A stretch of DNA of 52,773 nucleotides from Nitrospirota bacterium (lineage in GTDB: Bacteria; Nitrospirota; Thermodesulfovibrionia; Thermodesulfovibrionales; SM23-35). The notes under the pieces were generated by a model. It did no database searches. It saw only the letters and a program-made list of their open reading frames with translations, and was not told the origin of the DNA. A program made the position numbers and the translations under genes. Each line of letters opens with the position of its first letter. The stretch's first letter is position 1. Below, in pieces: positions 18,410 through 28,838 of the stretch. The stretch is from assembly GCA_040757455.1 (NCBI GenBank), contig JBFLXE010000001.1, forward strand, positions 1 through 52,773. Reading direction: 5' to 3'.

Positions 18410-18883
18410 GTGCGAATAGGCATAGGATACGATTCTCACAGGCTGGTTGAGGGCCGGAAACTGATAATCGGAGGCGTTGAGATCCCTTTCGATAAAGGTC
18501 TTTCCGGCCACTCCGATGCGGATGTGCTCTGCCATGCGGTTATCGATTCGATTATCGGTGCCCTTGGGCTCGGCGATATAGGAAAGCATTTTCCCGATAC
18601 CGACCCACGCTGGGAAAATGCTTCGAGTATCGATCTCCTGACAAGAATTGTCCAGCTCACATATTCAAAAGGTTACGATATCGCATGGATCGATTCTGTT
18701 GTGATAGCCGAACGACCCACGATTTCTCCGTACTTTGAATCCATGAAAGAATCCATATCTAAATCCGGGATAAAGGCACCGTTTATCAATATTAAAGCCA
18801 AGACGAACGAAGGTATGGGTTTTATCGGTCAGGGTGAGGGGATTGCAGCATATGCCGTATGCATATTAAGACGGCGTGAGTAA
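18410..18883 (+). CDS. ispF: 2-C-methyl-D-erythritol 2,4-cyclodiphosphate synthase
   Basis: It has IGIGYDSHRL and GHSDADVLCHA motifs. The GTG start has AGGAG 9 nt upstream. Confidence 0.95.
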   Translation: MRIGIGYDSHRLVEGRKLIIGGVEIPFDKGLSGHSDADVLCHAVIDSIIGALGLGDIGKHFPDTDPRWENASSIDLLTRIVQLTYSKGYDIAWIDSVVIAERPTISPYFESMKESISKSGIKAPFINIKAKTNEGMGFIGQGEGIAAYAVCILRRRE

Positions 18884-18884
18884 T

Positions 18885-20771
18885 TCACTTTAGAAGAAAT
18901 TTTCTTATATCACCAACTCTCAGGGTGATTTTATTTGAATCGAGATATTCGAGAAAAGGAAGGGCATATTTTCTGGTTGTCCCGAGCAAGTCTCTGAATT
19001 CCGCCACTGTCATCTCGGGCTTTTTTGAGAAAAAATTTTTAAGGTTCTCCATCATCTTCTTATAGAAAAAGGAAGTGATATACAGAGAATCATTAATTCT
19101 CACGAGACTGCCTTCCCTTGCCATAAGCCTCAAGATATCAGACAGGCTCTTTTGATCGATTTTGAGCAATTCCATAAGCTCTTCCTTTGACGGCGGTTGG
19201 AACCCGTTCTTTTCCAGAATCTCCAGGATTTTCGCCTTTACGTCTTCATCGACCTCTGATAAAGCAACACTGAATGTCGAAAGCCTTACGATTTCCTTTT
19301 CAGCAATAATCTCTTTTATCTCATCGATCAGACGGCTGAAAAGCCGGGGCTCGATATTGAACCCGGCTCTCAATTCTTCTTTTGACATGCCGGACTTGAG
19401 AGGATTTCTCTTGTGGAAGTCGCTAAGAGCCTTTATAAGTGTTACCTTGAATGAATTAAAGACGATTTGATGAATAAGAATATCATCGAACTGTTCCAGT
19501 GCCCTCTGATCCTTCAATGCCTTTGCCGCATCTCTTATGGCGGGAATCTCCTCCTTTATCCACCCCTCAACAAGTGGCATCCTGATGCCTTGTAAGCCAG
19601 CATTCTTAATCTTTGTCGCGATCTTTTCAGAAAGACTTCCCTTCTCGAATATTACAAGGTCATCGAGTCCGGATTTACGGGTTCTTCTGTAAGGAAGAGG
19701 GTCAAGAACCTCACCTCCCCCGATGGTATCCACCGGAGAGAACCTCCTTATGATATATCTGTCTCCTGATGTGGCAATGACCGGGTCATTGAGCCTGAAC
19801 TGACAAAAACAGTTCTCACCCTCTCTCAGTTCATTCCTCTCATAGAGGATAACCCTGGCTACGGTCTCCGCTGTCCCGAGATGAAAATGAACAAGACTTT
19901 TGCTCTTGAGAACAGGAGAACCGGAAAGCAGTTCGACTTTTGCGTCAATCCTTTTTGTGGGAATGAATCTATCGGGGGGAACGACAGAATCTCCTCTCTT
20001 CAATTCTTCTTTATCAACCCCTTGAAGATTAATGGCTACCCTCTGACCGGCATATGCCGTGTTAATGGCTTTACCGTGACTGTGAAGGCCTCTCACCTTA
20101 CTTTTAATATTACTCGGAAGTATCTCAACCGCGTCATCAACGGAGATGGTTCCCGAAACAGCAGTACCTGTCACAACAGTCCCGAATCCCTTTAGTGAAA
20201 ATACCCTGTCTATGGGAAGCCTGAAAAGACCCTCCGCTGGTTTTGGTTCAACCTTTAATGCGACCTCCTTAATCTTTTCCTTGAGGAGATCAATATTAAC
20301 CATCGTCTTTGACGAGACAGCAACTATCGGAGCACCTTCGAGAAAGGTTCCCTTGACAAAGTTCCTGATATCATCCTCAACAAGCTCAAGCCACTCTTTC
20401 TCCACAAGATCCGCTTTTGTGATCACAATAAGTCCTGACTTTATCTTGAGAAGATTGCATATGTAAAGATGCTCCCTGCTCTGAGGCATTATTCCCTCAT
20501 CGGCGGCGATCACAAGGAGCACAAGGTCAATTCCACCGGCTCCTGCCAGCATGTTCTTGACAAGTCTCTCATGGCCCGGCACATCGACGATCCCAACGGT
20601 AAGTCCATCGGGATATCTCAGGTCTGCAAAACCCAGGTCAATGGTTATCCCGCGCTCTTTCTCCTCTTTCAGTCTGTCCGGGTCAATACCGGTCAATGCT
20701 TTGACGAGGGCACTCTTTCCGTGATCGATGTGACCTGCTGTGCCAAGTATTACATAACGCATAGAATTCAT
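18885..20771 (-). CDS. selB: selenocysteine-specific translation elongation factor SelB
   Basis: It has GTPase motifs [14 protein letters not shown] and TKAD, plus a long C-terminal winged-helix extension; total length is 628 aa. Confidence 0.9.
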   Translation of the reverse strand: MNSMRYVILGTAGHIDHGKSALVKALTGIDPDRLKEEKERGITIDLGFADLRYPDGLTVGIVDVPGHERLVKNMLAGAGGIDLVLLVIAADEGIMPQSREHLYICNLLKIKSGLIVITKADLVEKEWLELVEDDIRNFVKGTFLEGAPIVAVSSKTMVNIDLLKEKIKEVALKVEPKPAEGLFRLPIDRVFSLKGFGTVVTGTAVSGTISVDDAVEILPSNIKSKVRGLHSHGKAINTAYAGQRVAINLQGVDKEELKRGDSVVPPDRFIPTKRIDAKVELLSGSPVLKSKSLVHFHLGTAETVARVILYERNELREGENCFCQFRLNDPVIATSGDRYIIRRFSPVDTIGGGEVLDPLPYRRTRKSGLDDLVIFEKGSLSEKIATKIKNAGLQGIRMPLVEGWIKEEIPAIRDAAKALKDQRALEQFDDILIHQIVFNSFKVTLIKALSDFHKRNPLKSGMSKEELRAGFNIEPRLFSRLIDEIKEIIAEKEIVRLSTFSVALSEVDEDVKAKILEILEKNGFQPPSKEELMELLKIDQKSLSDILRLMAREGSLVRINDSLYITSFFYKKMMENLKNFFSKKPEMTVAEFRDLLGTTRKYALPFLEYLDSNKITLRVGDIRKFLLK

Positions 20772-20847
20772 CTTTGAGAAAATACAGATGTTGTGTCAGA
20801 CTCGTCTGGTTCGCCGGAGCGAAAGCAATATCTGTATTTCTTCTAAT

Positions 20848-21972
20848 TTAGTACATTACTCTCCCGACCTTAAGAATATCCTTTCTGCTACCGTCTTTAT
20901 TAATCAGAGTCACTGTTGGTTTAAAAAAAACAAAATCCTCATGAAAGGGCGTCTTCACATTTCCGCCGAAGGAGCTGTTATCGCCAAGTGCGATATGGAT
21001 GGTGCCAAGAATTTTTTCCGATTCGAGTATATTATCAGGTCTCCTCGCTGCCTCATTCGTGCCGATTCCCAACTCCGCGATATTTCCGTTCTCCCTTCTT
21101 TCAGAAATCTTTCCCCTAAGATATCCGGCATATCTCTCTTTACCTGATATATCCGTGACAAAACCGTCATTGACGGTAAGAGTCACCGGACATTCAAGAT
21201 GTCTTGTTGGCGCCCATTCAAGAATGAGTTTGCCGCATGCAGTCCCCTCAACTGGCGCCAGGAAAACCTCTCCGGCCGGAAGATTTCCGAAAGAGCCGGG
21301 TTTGGTGAGTATTCCCGTATCAGACAAGGCTTTTCTTTCTTTCTTTGAAAATGAGAGGTGTGAGCCATTTGAACTCTTTACTTCAACAAACTCAGCCATA
21401 CTCACAATTTTTGCTATCCCTTTTGTCCTCTTTTCGAGAGCCTTCCAGTCCACATTCATCGCACCTTCAAGCATAGAAATGTCAAAAAGCGGCATGCTCG
21501 CATATCTGCATGCGCAAATTCTCGTCAAGAAATCTCTGAACCTCGTATGGCTCGTCGAAAAGTTTGCAAGGGCAATCACACAGTCGACAGAAAATCTTCT
21601 GTTTTTTTTGATTATTTGCTCTGCTATCCTGATCTGGTCATCAGTGGCTGTTTTTCTGAGAATCGGATGAAGAATTCTCTCCTTCTTAAGATCTTCAATC
21701 GTTTGCCTGCCGAAAGCAAGCTCCCACAATTCTACAGGCGGCTCAATGCCATGCCCCCCTGTAGCCAGGTACTCATGTACTATTATTGACTTACAAAGAT
21801 TCTTGCCTGTCTCAGATGCCAGTAAAGACAAACATCGGAGCTTCATCATCCTTTCCCTGTCGTCCCGGCCGACCTGTTTTTTCGGTGGGATTCTGTCGTT
21901 GAATATAAGAACTCTTTCGTTCTTCTTTACTGCGAGATTTATTCTGAATATGTTCCTGAAGACGCTCGTCAA
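20848..21972 (-). CDS. M29-family aminopeptidase (AmpS / aminopeptidase T-like)
   Basis: It has GNLPAGEVFLAP, ELGIGTN and GTIHIALGDN...HEDFV motifs characteristic of the M29 thermophilic metalloprotease family. Confidence 0.65.
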   Translation of the reverse strand: MTSVFRNIFRINLAVKKNERVLIFNDRIPPKKQVGRDDRERMMKLRCLSLLASETGKNLCKSIIVHEYLATGGHGIEPPVELWELAFGRQTIEDLKKERILHPILRKTATDDQIRIAEQIIKKNRRFSVDCVIALANFSTSHTRFRDFLTRICACRYASMPLFDISMLEGAMNVDWKALEKRTKGIAKIVSMAEFVEVKSSNGSHLSFSKKERKALSDTGILTKPGSFGNLPAGEVFLAPVEGTACGKLILEWAPTRHLECPVTLTVNDGFVTDISGKERYAGYLRGKISERRENGNIAELGIGTNEAARRPDNILESEKILGTIHIALGDNSSFGGNVKTPFHEDFVFFKPTVTLINKDGSRKDILKVGRVMY

Positions 21973-21984
21973 AGTATGCCCCTG

Positions 21985-23385
21985 CTACCTGAACAAAAAT
22001 TCCATTTGCTTGAGGTGCTCACCGGGAAAACTAATAGGGTAGTTACAGTCGAAACAGGCCATGCAATAATTCTGGGAGTGGGGCACTATCTTTTTGAGCC
22101 CTTCCAGGCTCAGGTAAGCAAGGGAGTCGGCAGTTACATATCGTCTTATCTCTTCTAAGAGATGCGTTGAGGCGATAAGTTCCTGCCTTGTAGGGGTATC
22201 TATCCCGTAAAAACAAGGGCCGATTGTAGGAGGAGAGCTTATTTTAAGGTGCACTTCTTTTGCTCCACCTCCTTCTCTCAGCATCTTCACTATTTTCTTG
22301 CTCGTCGTCCCTCTGACTATTGAGTCATCTATCACGATCAACCTCTTTCCCTCCAGAAGTTTCCTCACAGGATTAAGCTTTATCTTCACTCCAAAGTGTC
22401 TTATGCTGTGTTTTGGCTCTATGAATGTCCTGCCAACATAATGGTTTCTAATAAGTCCAAAATCAATGGGTATCTTGCTAACTTCTGAAAACCCGAGCGC
22501 CGCCGGAACACCCGAATCAGGCACCGGGATAACAAGATCTGCGTTTGTGTCCGATTCTCTTGCAAGCTGTCTCCCGAATTCTTTTCTCATCTCGTTAACG
22601 TTCTGTCCGCCGAATATATTACTGTCGGGCCTTGAGAAATAGATGAATTCAAAGATGCAGAAAGCCCTCCTTTGATGGTTGAAGATCTTCAGGGAATCAA
22701 GCCCGTCCTTATTTATTATCAGTAGCTCTCCGGGCTCTATATCGCGTATATATGTCGCACCGATGAGATCAAAGGCACAGGTCTCCGAGGCGAGGACGTA
22801 AGCACCGTCTTTCATGCCGAGACTGAAAGGCCTGACACCATAAGGATCCCTTACAGCTATAAGCTCTTTTTCTCTCAATATGAGGAGGCTGAAAGAGCCA
22901 TTTATTTGTGTTACAGCATGTGCTACGCGCTCATAGAAGTCACTGCCTTTTGAATGGGCAATAAGATGGACTATGACTTCACTGTCTGATGTGGACTGAA
23001 AAATAGCGCCTTCTCCTTCAAGGAATGTTTTTAGTTCCAGAGCATCCACGAGATTTCCATTGTGTGCGATAGCAAGTGAACCCAGGGCGAAATTTGCTAC
23101 TATTGGCTGAACATTCTTCAGCATGCTCCTGCCGGCCGTTGAATAACGATTATGGCCAATAGCAATGTGTCCCGGCAGTCTCCTCAGCCTCTTTTCCGTA
23201 AAAATGTCAGCGACAAGCCCCATGGATTTTTCTACGAAGAGTTGTCTGCCGTCCGATGAACAGATGCCCGCTCCTTCCTGTCCCCTGTGCTGAAGTGCAT
23301 ATAATCCAAGATAGGTGAGATTGGCTGCTTCGGGATGTCCATATACCCCGAATATGCCGCATTCTTCATGGATATCATGAAACAT
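21985..23385 (-). CDS. purF: amidophosphoribosyltransferase (4Fe-4S, propeptide type)
   Basis: An N-terminal MFHDIHEE propeptide is followed by CGIFGV. It has the PRTase motif [11 protein letters not shown] and the C-terminal cluster motif [10 protein letters not shown]. Confidence 0.95.
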   Translation of the reverse strand: MFHDIHEECGIFGVYGHPEAANLTYLGLYALQHRGQEGAGICSSDGRQLFVEKSMGLVADIFTEKRLRRLPGHIAIGHNRYSTAGRSMLKNVQPIVANFALGSLAIAHNGNLVDALELKTFLEGEGAIFQSTSDSEVIVHLIAHSKGSDFYERVAHAVTQINGSFSLLILREKELIAVRDPYGVRPFSLGMKDGAYVLASETCAFDLIGATYIRDIEPGELLIINKDGLDSLKIFNHQRRAFCIFEFIYFSRPDSNIFGGQNVNEMRKEFGRQLARESDTNADLVIPVPDSGVPAALGFSEVSKIPIDFGLIRNHYVGRTFIEPKHSIRHFGVKIKLNPVRKLLEGKRLIVIDDSIVRGTTSKKIVKMLREGGGAKEVHLKISSPPTIGPCFYGIDTPTRQELIASTHLLEEIRRYVTADSLAYLSLEGLKKIVPHSQNYCMACFDCNYPISFPGEHLKQMEFLFR

Positions 23386-23539
23386 ATTTACGTTCTTGTT
23401 ACCTCTTCATGAAGGGAGGCAAATTGTTTATCGAAACATATTTATTGTAACATATATCTCTTTTTCGAGGACTGGACAGGTTCACACGGCTGTCTGGACC
23501 TTGCGATGTAAGCGGAATTATTGACCTGAACTTAATTAT

Positions 23540-24949
23540 ATGGTAGAAAAATACATGAATGAAAAACAGAAGTTGCTTTCCGCCCTGCCCTCCGTCGACG
23601 AAATCCTGAAAAGTGGCAAGGGTGTTGAGTGGCTAAACCTCTATCCCCGGCGATTTGTGCTTCAGGCCACAAGAGAAGCCATCGATAAAAGGCGAAGGGC
23701 GATCTTTGAAGGTTCTGTCGGCGATACATCGGACAAAGTGATTATGGCAGATATCGAGATTATAATTTCAAGGCTTTCTTCTTTTAGTCTCAGGCCCCTT
23801 ATAAATGCAACAGGTGTTGTAATCCACACAAACCTCGGCCGGTCGGTGCTTTCCGAGAATGCTCTTGAGAATATCAGGAGAGTATCAGAAAGCTATTCCA
23901 ACCTCGAGTATGATATTGAAGAAGGAAGAAGGGGGAAAAGGTATACACATGTTAAAAGGATCCTCAGGGACATAACCGGCGCTGAAGATGCTCTGGTCGT
24001 AAATAATAATGCAGCCGCAGTTCTCTTATGTCTCAACACACTTGCAAAAGGGAAAGAGGTGATTGTCTCAAGGGGAGAGCTCGTCGAGATCGGGGGATCA
24101 TTCAGAATGCCTGATGTGATGGCCTCAAGCGGTGCAATACTCCGCGAGGTGGGTACGACAAACAAAACTCATCTATTTGACTACGAAAAAGCAATAAATG
24201 ATAATACTGCCCTGATTCTCAAGATTCACAAGTCCAATTTCAGGATCGTCGGATTCACCGACGAGGTGTCGATCGAAGAACTTGTAGCACTCGGAAAGAG
24301 ACACGAACTGCCGGTTATGTTCGACCTCGGCAGCGGATGTCTTATTGATCTCAGACCATTCGGGATTCATAACGAACCGGCTGTCAGAGAGATCGTCAAG
24401 ACCGGCATCGATCTCACGACGTTCAGCGGGGACAAGCTTCTCGGAGGCCCACAGGGTGGCGTGATTGTTGGTAAGAAGGAATATATCGAGAGAATCCAGA
24501 AAAATCCTCTTACAAGGACTGTAAGAATTGACAAACTCACCCTTGCGGGTTTTGAGGCAACACTAATGGAATATGTGGACGAAGAAAGAGCGATGAACGC
24601 TATCCCTACTCTACGCATGTTGCTCCAGAAACCGGAAGAAATCAGAGCCCGCGCTCAGAAGATTGCGCGGAGATTGAGGAAAGAGATACCAGAGGCTGAG
24701 ACAGAGGTCATGGCCGATTCTTCCAGGGCTGGAGGAGGAGCGCTACCCGAGGTTGATCTGCCAACATTTGTCGTCTCTATCCGTTCGGGCCGGTTTTCGG
24801 TAAACGAGTTAGAAGAGAGATTGAGGAAAGGCGACCCACCAATTATCACGAGAATAAAGGAAAATTCTCTCATCATTGATGTGAGAACGATAAGAGACCA
24901 GGATCTGGATAGCCTCGTTAAAGGGATCAAAGCGGCTTTTTTCGGATAA
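23540..24949 (+). CDS. selA: L-seryl-tRNA(Sec) selenium transferase SelA
   Basis: It has LPSVDEIL at the N-terminus and the PLP region FSGDKLLGGPQGG. The start is ambiguous (ATG 23540 or 23555), and neither has an SD. Confidence 0.9.
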   Translation: MVEKYMNEKQKLLSALPSVDEILKSGKGVEWLNLYPRRFVLQATREAIDKRRRAIFEGSVGDTSDKVIMADIEIIISRLSSFSLRPLINATGVVIHTNLGRSVLSENALENIRRVSESYSNLEYDIEEGRRGKRYTHVKRILRDITGAEDALVVNNNAAAVLLCLNTLAKGKEVIVSRGELVEIGGSFRMPDVMASSGAILREVGTTNKTHLFDYEKAINDNTALILKIHKSNFRIVGFTDEVSIEELVALGKRHELPVMFDLGSGCLIDLRPFGIHNEPAVREIVKTGIDLTTFSGDKLLGGPQGGVIVGKKEYIERIQKNPLTRTVRIDKLTLAGFEATLMEYVDEERAMNAIPTLRMLLQKPEEIRARAQKIARRLRKEIPEAETEVMADSSRAGGGALPEVDLPTFVVSIRSGRFSVNELEERLRKGDPPIITRIKENSLIIDVRTIRDQDLDSLVKGIKAAFFG

Positions 24950-24957
24950 ATCAACTT

Positions 24958-24974
24958 TTAGCAACTCTTGCTAA
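24958..24974. promoter_or_regulatory. inverted repeat TTAGCAA-ctc-TTGCTAA between selA and the hybrid kinase gene
   Basis: It is a perfect 7-bp inverted repeat 9 nt after the selA stop with no following T-run. It could be a short hairpin or a protein-binding site. Confidence 0.2.
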
Positions 24975-25021
24975 CGAAGACCGGGGAAGATTAAAAAGCA
25001 ACGGGAGCCTGGGGTGTCGAA

Positions 25022-26470
25022 ATGAGAGGGTTCAAAAAGGGTCGTATTCTTGTCGTTGATGACGAGGCAGAGTTACTAAACCTGTTGAGAGATTTCCTCA
25101 CAGAACTGGGCTATGATGTGACAACCTGTAATTCTGGTGAGGAAGCGCTTGAAATACTGAGGGAGCATGCATTCGACGTCCTTCTGACCGATCTGTTGAT
25201 GCCCGGCATGAATGGCATCCAGTTGATAAAGGCGGCTGTTGAGGCAAATCCGATTCTTGTCTGCATTGTCATTACTGGAAGGGCAACGATACAGACTGCG
25301 GTGGAAGCGATGAGGTGTGGAGCCTTCGATTATCTCCAGAAACCTTTGGAATGGAAAACCCTGGCACCAGTAATTACGCGTGCGATGGAGGTCAGAAAAT
25401 TAAGGGAGGCGGAAGAGAAATACCGCACTATTGTAGAGGATTATCAGACTGAATTCATATGCCGTTTTCTCTTCGACGGCACCCTTACATATGTGAATGA
25501 GGCCTACTGCCGGTATTTTGGCAAAAAGAAGGAGGACTTGATTGGAAGAAGTTTCATGGATTTCGTTCCTGAAGGGAAAAGGGAATCCGTTCGAAAAATT
25601 CTCGCCTTGCCAGGTCAGAGGAATCCTGTAGTCTCTCTGGAGCACCCTGTAATCGCACCCAACGGCGAGACATGCTGGCAAAGGTGGACCTGCCGGGCCA
25701 TTTTCGACAAACACGGTCAATTTGTTGAGTTTCAGGCTATAGGACGTGATATCACCGACCGAAAACAAAACGAAGAAAAGTTGCGGCAGTCACGCAATCG
25801 ATTGCGCGACCTTACCATGCGGCTCACTGAGGTAACAGAGGCCGAGAGACAGATCCTGGCAAGGGAACTCCATGACCAGATAGGGCAAAACTTAACGGCT
25901 CTGGGAATTAATCTAAATATGATTCGTTCACAAATGTCTGACGACAGGAGGCAAGCCATAGCGAGAGTTGACGATTCTCTCGCACTGGTGGATCAGACTT
26001 CGCAACGTATTAGAGATCTAATGGGCGAGCTGAGACCATCAGTCATTGATGACTACGGCCTTCTGGCGGCACTGCGTTGGTATGGAGATCAGTTTTCTAA
26101 ACGGACGGGCATAAATCTACTGGTGGAGGGAGAAGAGCTCTCATCAAGATTGCCGCAGGTGATCGAAACCACTCTTTTTCGTATTATTCAAGAGGCGCTG
26201 ACGAATGTTTCCAAACATGCGAAGGCATCTGAGGTTTGTCTGACATTGAAGGAGATCGGCAAAAAAGTACAAATAACCATAAAGGACGATGGGCGTGGAT
26301 TTAAAGTCAAGGACCTCCGGAGATTAGCAGAACGGCCGAGGTGGGGAATCATTACCATGCGGGAAAGAGCTGAGGCCATCGGTGGGAATTTACGCCTGGA
26401 GAGCTCACCGGGCAAGGGTACCACGGTCATAATTGAGACAAGCCTTGAACAAAAAGTCAAACTTTCCTGA
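25022..26470 (+). CDS. cytoplasmic hybrid sensor kinase: REC - PAS - HisKA_3 - HATPase_c
   Basis: It has a receiver domain (ILVVDDE ... LLTDLLMPGMNG ... K), a PAS region (YRTIVEDYQTEFICRF...), a HisKA_3 H-box (ELHDQIGQNLTAL), an N-box (EALTNVSKHA) and G-boxes (DDGRGF, GKGT). I saw no TM segments. Confidence 0.85.
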   Translation: MRGFKKGRILVVDDEAELLNLLRDFLTELGYDVTTCNSGEEALEILREHAFDVLLTDLLMPGMNGIQLIKAAVEANPILVCIVITGRATIQTAVEAMRCGAFDYLQKPLEWKTLAPVITRAMEVRKLREAEEKYRTIVEDYQTEFICRFLFDGTLTYVNEAYCRYFGKKKEDLIGRSFMDFVPEGKRESVRKILALPGQRNPVVSLEHPVIAPNGETCWQRWTCRAIFDKHGQFVEFQAIGRDITDRKQNEEKLRQSRNRLRDLTMRLTEVTEAERQILARELHDQIGQNLTALGINLNMIRSQMSDDRRQAIARVDDSLALVDQTSQRIRDLMGELRPSVIDDYGLLAALRWYGDQFSKRTGINLLVEGEELSSRLPQVIETTLFRIIQEALTNVSKHAKASEVCLTLKEIGKKVQITIKDDGRGFKVKDLRRLAERPRWGIITMRERAEAIGGNLRLESSPGKGTTVIIETSLEQKVKLS

Positions 26471-26620
26471 CAGACAACTCTTTTAAGTTCCATTATATTT
26501 AAAAATAATAAACTTTTATTAGACAGTTGCCGATATGCAAAAAGGTGCAATGAGTATTTCATCGCCGACGACCTAACCCTTGATTCAAAGATAATCTGAG
26601 AAAAAGAAGATGGAAAGAAA

Positions 26621-28726
26621 ATGTCGAAACAGTTGAAGCTTCCCGGGAAAAAAGATGTCGGAAACAAAAGCAAAGTTAAGTGCTGGGAAGTTTTTAGGTG
26701 CGAGAAAAAGACATGCCCGGCATATAAATCAGGGAACCCGAAGTGCTGGCTCATCACCGGCACTCATTGCCGGGATGAGATACAGGGAAAATTTCTTGAT
26801 AAGATTGGAATGTGCCTGGATTGCAGGATATTCAAAAATAGTGTGGACGTTAATTCTATGAGAGAAACCTACGAAGTCTTCAATGATCAGTTAAAGCAAT
26901 ATAGGACGATTGTCGAGGAAAGAGACAGGGAACTGGAACATGTTGGTCGCGAATTAGCTTTGGGCCTCTCTGAAGTCTTTGAGGCGCTTAAAAAAATTTC
27001 CGCCGGTGACCCTGCTGTCAGGATATCCGAAAAATCAGAATTCGAACTGATCGAAAAGTTAAAACATCTGGTCAATATAACCGCCGAAAATATCGGCGAG
27101 ATCGTTGATCTGTCACACGAATTTGCAATAAGCCTCGCAGAGCTTTTCGACGTTTTTCACAGGGTGTCACTGGGCGATCTGAACGCGAGAGTAACGGGCC
27201 TTTCCCGAATCGAGCTTCTGGAATCCCTGAAAAATATTACAAATGAGACTATAGAAAGCATCTCAAAAGAGATGGAAGAGCGCAGGGCAGCAGAAGATGC
27301 TCTTCGTGAAAGTGAAGGGAAATATAAGGATTTTTATCAGAAAGCTCCTGACGGATATCAATCGTGTGGACCTGACGGGATAATCCTTGAAGTGAATGAT
27401 ACGTGGCTTGAAATGTTCGGTTACAAGAGATTTGAGGTTGAAGGGAAGATGAGAATGACGGATCTTCTCACGGGTGAGGGCATGGAGATTTTCCAGAAAA
27501 AATTCCAAGATTTAAAATATGAAGGTGCTTTCGAAAATTTGGAGCTGGAAATAAGAAAGAGTGATGGCACCTTGCTGCCTGTTCTGTTAAATTCGACAGC
27601 TGTTTATGATGAGAGCGGCAATTTTTCAAAAAGCAGGACAATTATCAGAGATAATACGACTAAGAGAAATTACGAAAAGATTCTTCTTGATGCTGCAAAG
27701 CAGTGGAGGTCAACATTCGACTCGATGCCGTACGGAGTTATGGTTCTCGACAGGAATTTCAAAGTCGTCAGGGTTAACGAGTATATATCAACACTGATCG
27801 GCAGGCCAATCAAAGAAATAATAGGGATGAACCTGCAGGATCTGATCCGGAGTGAGGACATACATTCAATGCTTTCTCAGATGACAAGAATGGAAGATGC
27901 GTCCCGCAGTGAAACCTTTGAACATTACATCTCGGACTCCAAGAAATTTTTTATGGTCAGCGCGACGCCAATTGCAAACCATAGGGGACTGATCATGAAC
28001 TACATTCTTTCTCTGGTTGACATTACAGAGAATAAAGAAAAAGAGAAGCGTCTTATTCAAAGCAGAGATGCTTTTTTGAACATGCTCAAAGAAATTGATT
28101 TCTCCTATAAAGAACTTAAGGAACTTTACAATGGTCTTATACTTTCCTTTGTCAACGCGATTGATGCGAAGAGCCCCTGGACCAAAGGTCATTCAGAACG
28201 AGTTACACATCACGCGATATCAATAGCACAGGAAATGGCACTGAAGGAAAAGGACATCGAGACCCTGAGGATCGCGTCACTACTCCATGATATTGGTAAG
28301 ATCGGAACTTACGACATTATCCTTGACAAGCCCGGAAGACTGTCTGAAGAGGAGTTCAAACTGATAAAGATGCACCCTGAAAAAGGAGTGGAAATCCTGA
28401 GGCCTATACGCCAGCTTCAGCACATATTGCCGATAATCAGGCACCATCATGAAAGGATGGACGGTGACGGATATCCTGATGGACTCAGGGCTGAAGAAAT
28501 ACCCATTCTCTCAAGGATAATTTCGATTGCAGATTCTTATGACTCCATGACATCAGATCGGCCTTACAGGCCTTCGCCTCCGAGGGAGTATGCGATAGAA
28601 GAAATCAAAAGGTGCATAGGTACGCAGTTTGACCCTCAAGTGGCGGAAGCATTCCTGAAAATTCTCGAAAAGGAAAGAAAATCAAGGCAGACCGTATGTG
28701 TTTTCTCGCAAAATAATCCCCGCTGA
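26621..28726 (+). CDS. HD-GYP phosphodiesterase with an N-terminal Cys-rich (two CW motifs) domain, two HAMP-like repeats and two PAS domains
   Basis: Residues 21-70 read CWEVFRCEKKTCPAYKSGNPKCWLITGTHC...CLDCRIF (7 Cys). An internal ~45-aa repeat occurs at residues 113-158 and 169-213 (GD-x-x-x-R-V type). PAS regions include APDGYQSCGPDGIILEVND and PYGVMVLDRNFKVVRVNE. The HD-GYP core includes LLHDIGKI and HHERMDGDGYPDGL. Confidence 0.85.
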   Translation: MSKQLKLPGKKDVGNKSKVKCWEVFRCEKKTCPAYKSGNPKCWLITGTHCRDEIQGKFLDKIGMCLDCRIFKNSVDVNSMRETYEVFNDQLKQYRTIVEERDRELEHVGRELALGLSEVFEALKKISAGDPAVRISEKSEFELIEKLKHLVNITAENIGEIVDLSHEFAISLAELFDVFHRVSLGDLNARVTGLSRIELLESLKNITNETIESISKEMEERRAAEDALRESEGKYKDFYQKAPDGYQSCGPDGIILEVNDTWLEMFGYKRFEVEGKMRMTDLLTGEGMEIFQKKFQDLKYEGAFENLELEIRKSDGTLLPVLLNSTAVYDESGNFSKSRTIIRDNTTKRNYEKILLDAAKQWRSTFDSMPYGVMVLDRNFKVVRVNEYISTLIGRPIKEIIGMNLQDLIRSEDIHSMLSQMTRMEDASRSETFEHYISDSKKFFMVSATPIANHRGLIMNYILSLVDITENKEKEKRLIQSRDAFLNMLKEIDFSYKELKELYNGLILSFVNAIDAKSPWTKGHSERVTHHAISIAQEMALKEKDIETLRIASLLHDIGKIGTYDIILDKPGRLSEEEFKLIKMHPEKGVEILRPIRQLQHILPIIRHHHERMDGDGYPDGLRAEEIPILSRIISIADSYDSMTSDRPYRPSPPREYAIEEIKRCIGTQFDPQVAEAFLKILEKERKSRQTVCVFSQNNPR

Positions 28727-28838
28727 AAAACGGGATTTGCAGATTCGAGAACCATGACTTTTCTTTACAGGATAGGAATATTTTAAAATCAGACTTATCC
28801 AAAATCATAAAATCAAGATGGCTGGATGCTCATAAACA

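Noticed and set aside
20772-20847. Possible tRNA-Sec (selC) or other tRNA in the spacers next to selB and selA (also 23386-23539 and 24950-25021)
   Set aside because: By eye I could not build an acceptor stem, T-arm (GTTCRANNC) or long variable arm from these sequences. A proper covariance-model scan is still advisable.
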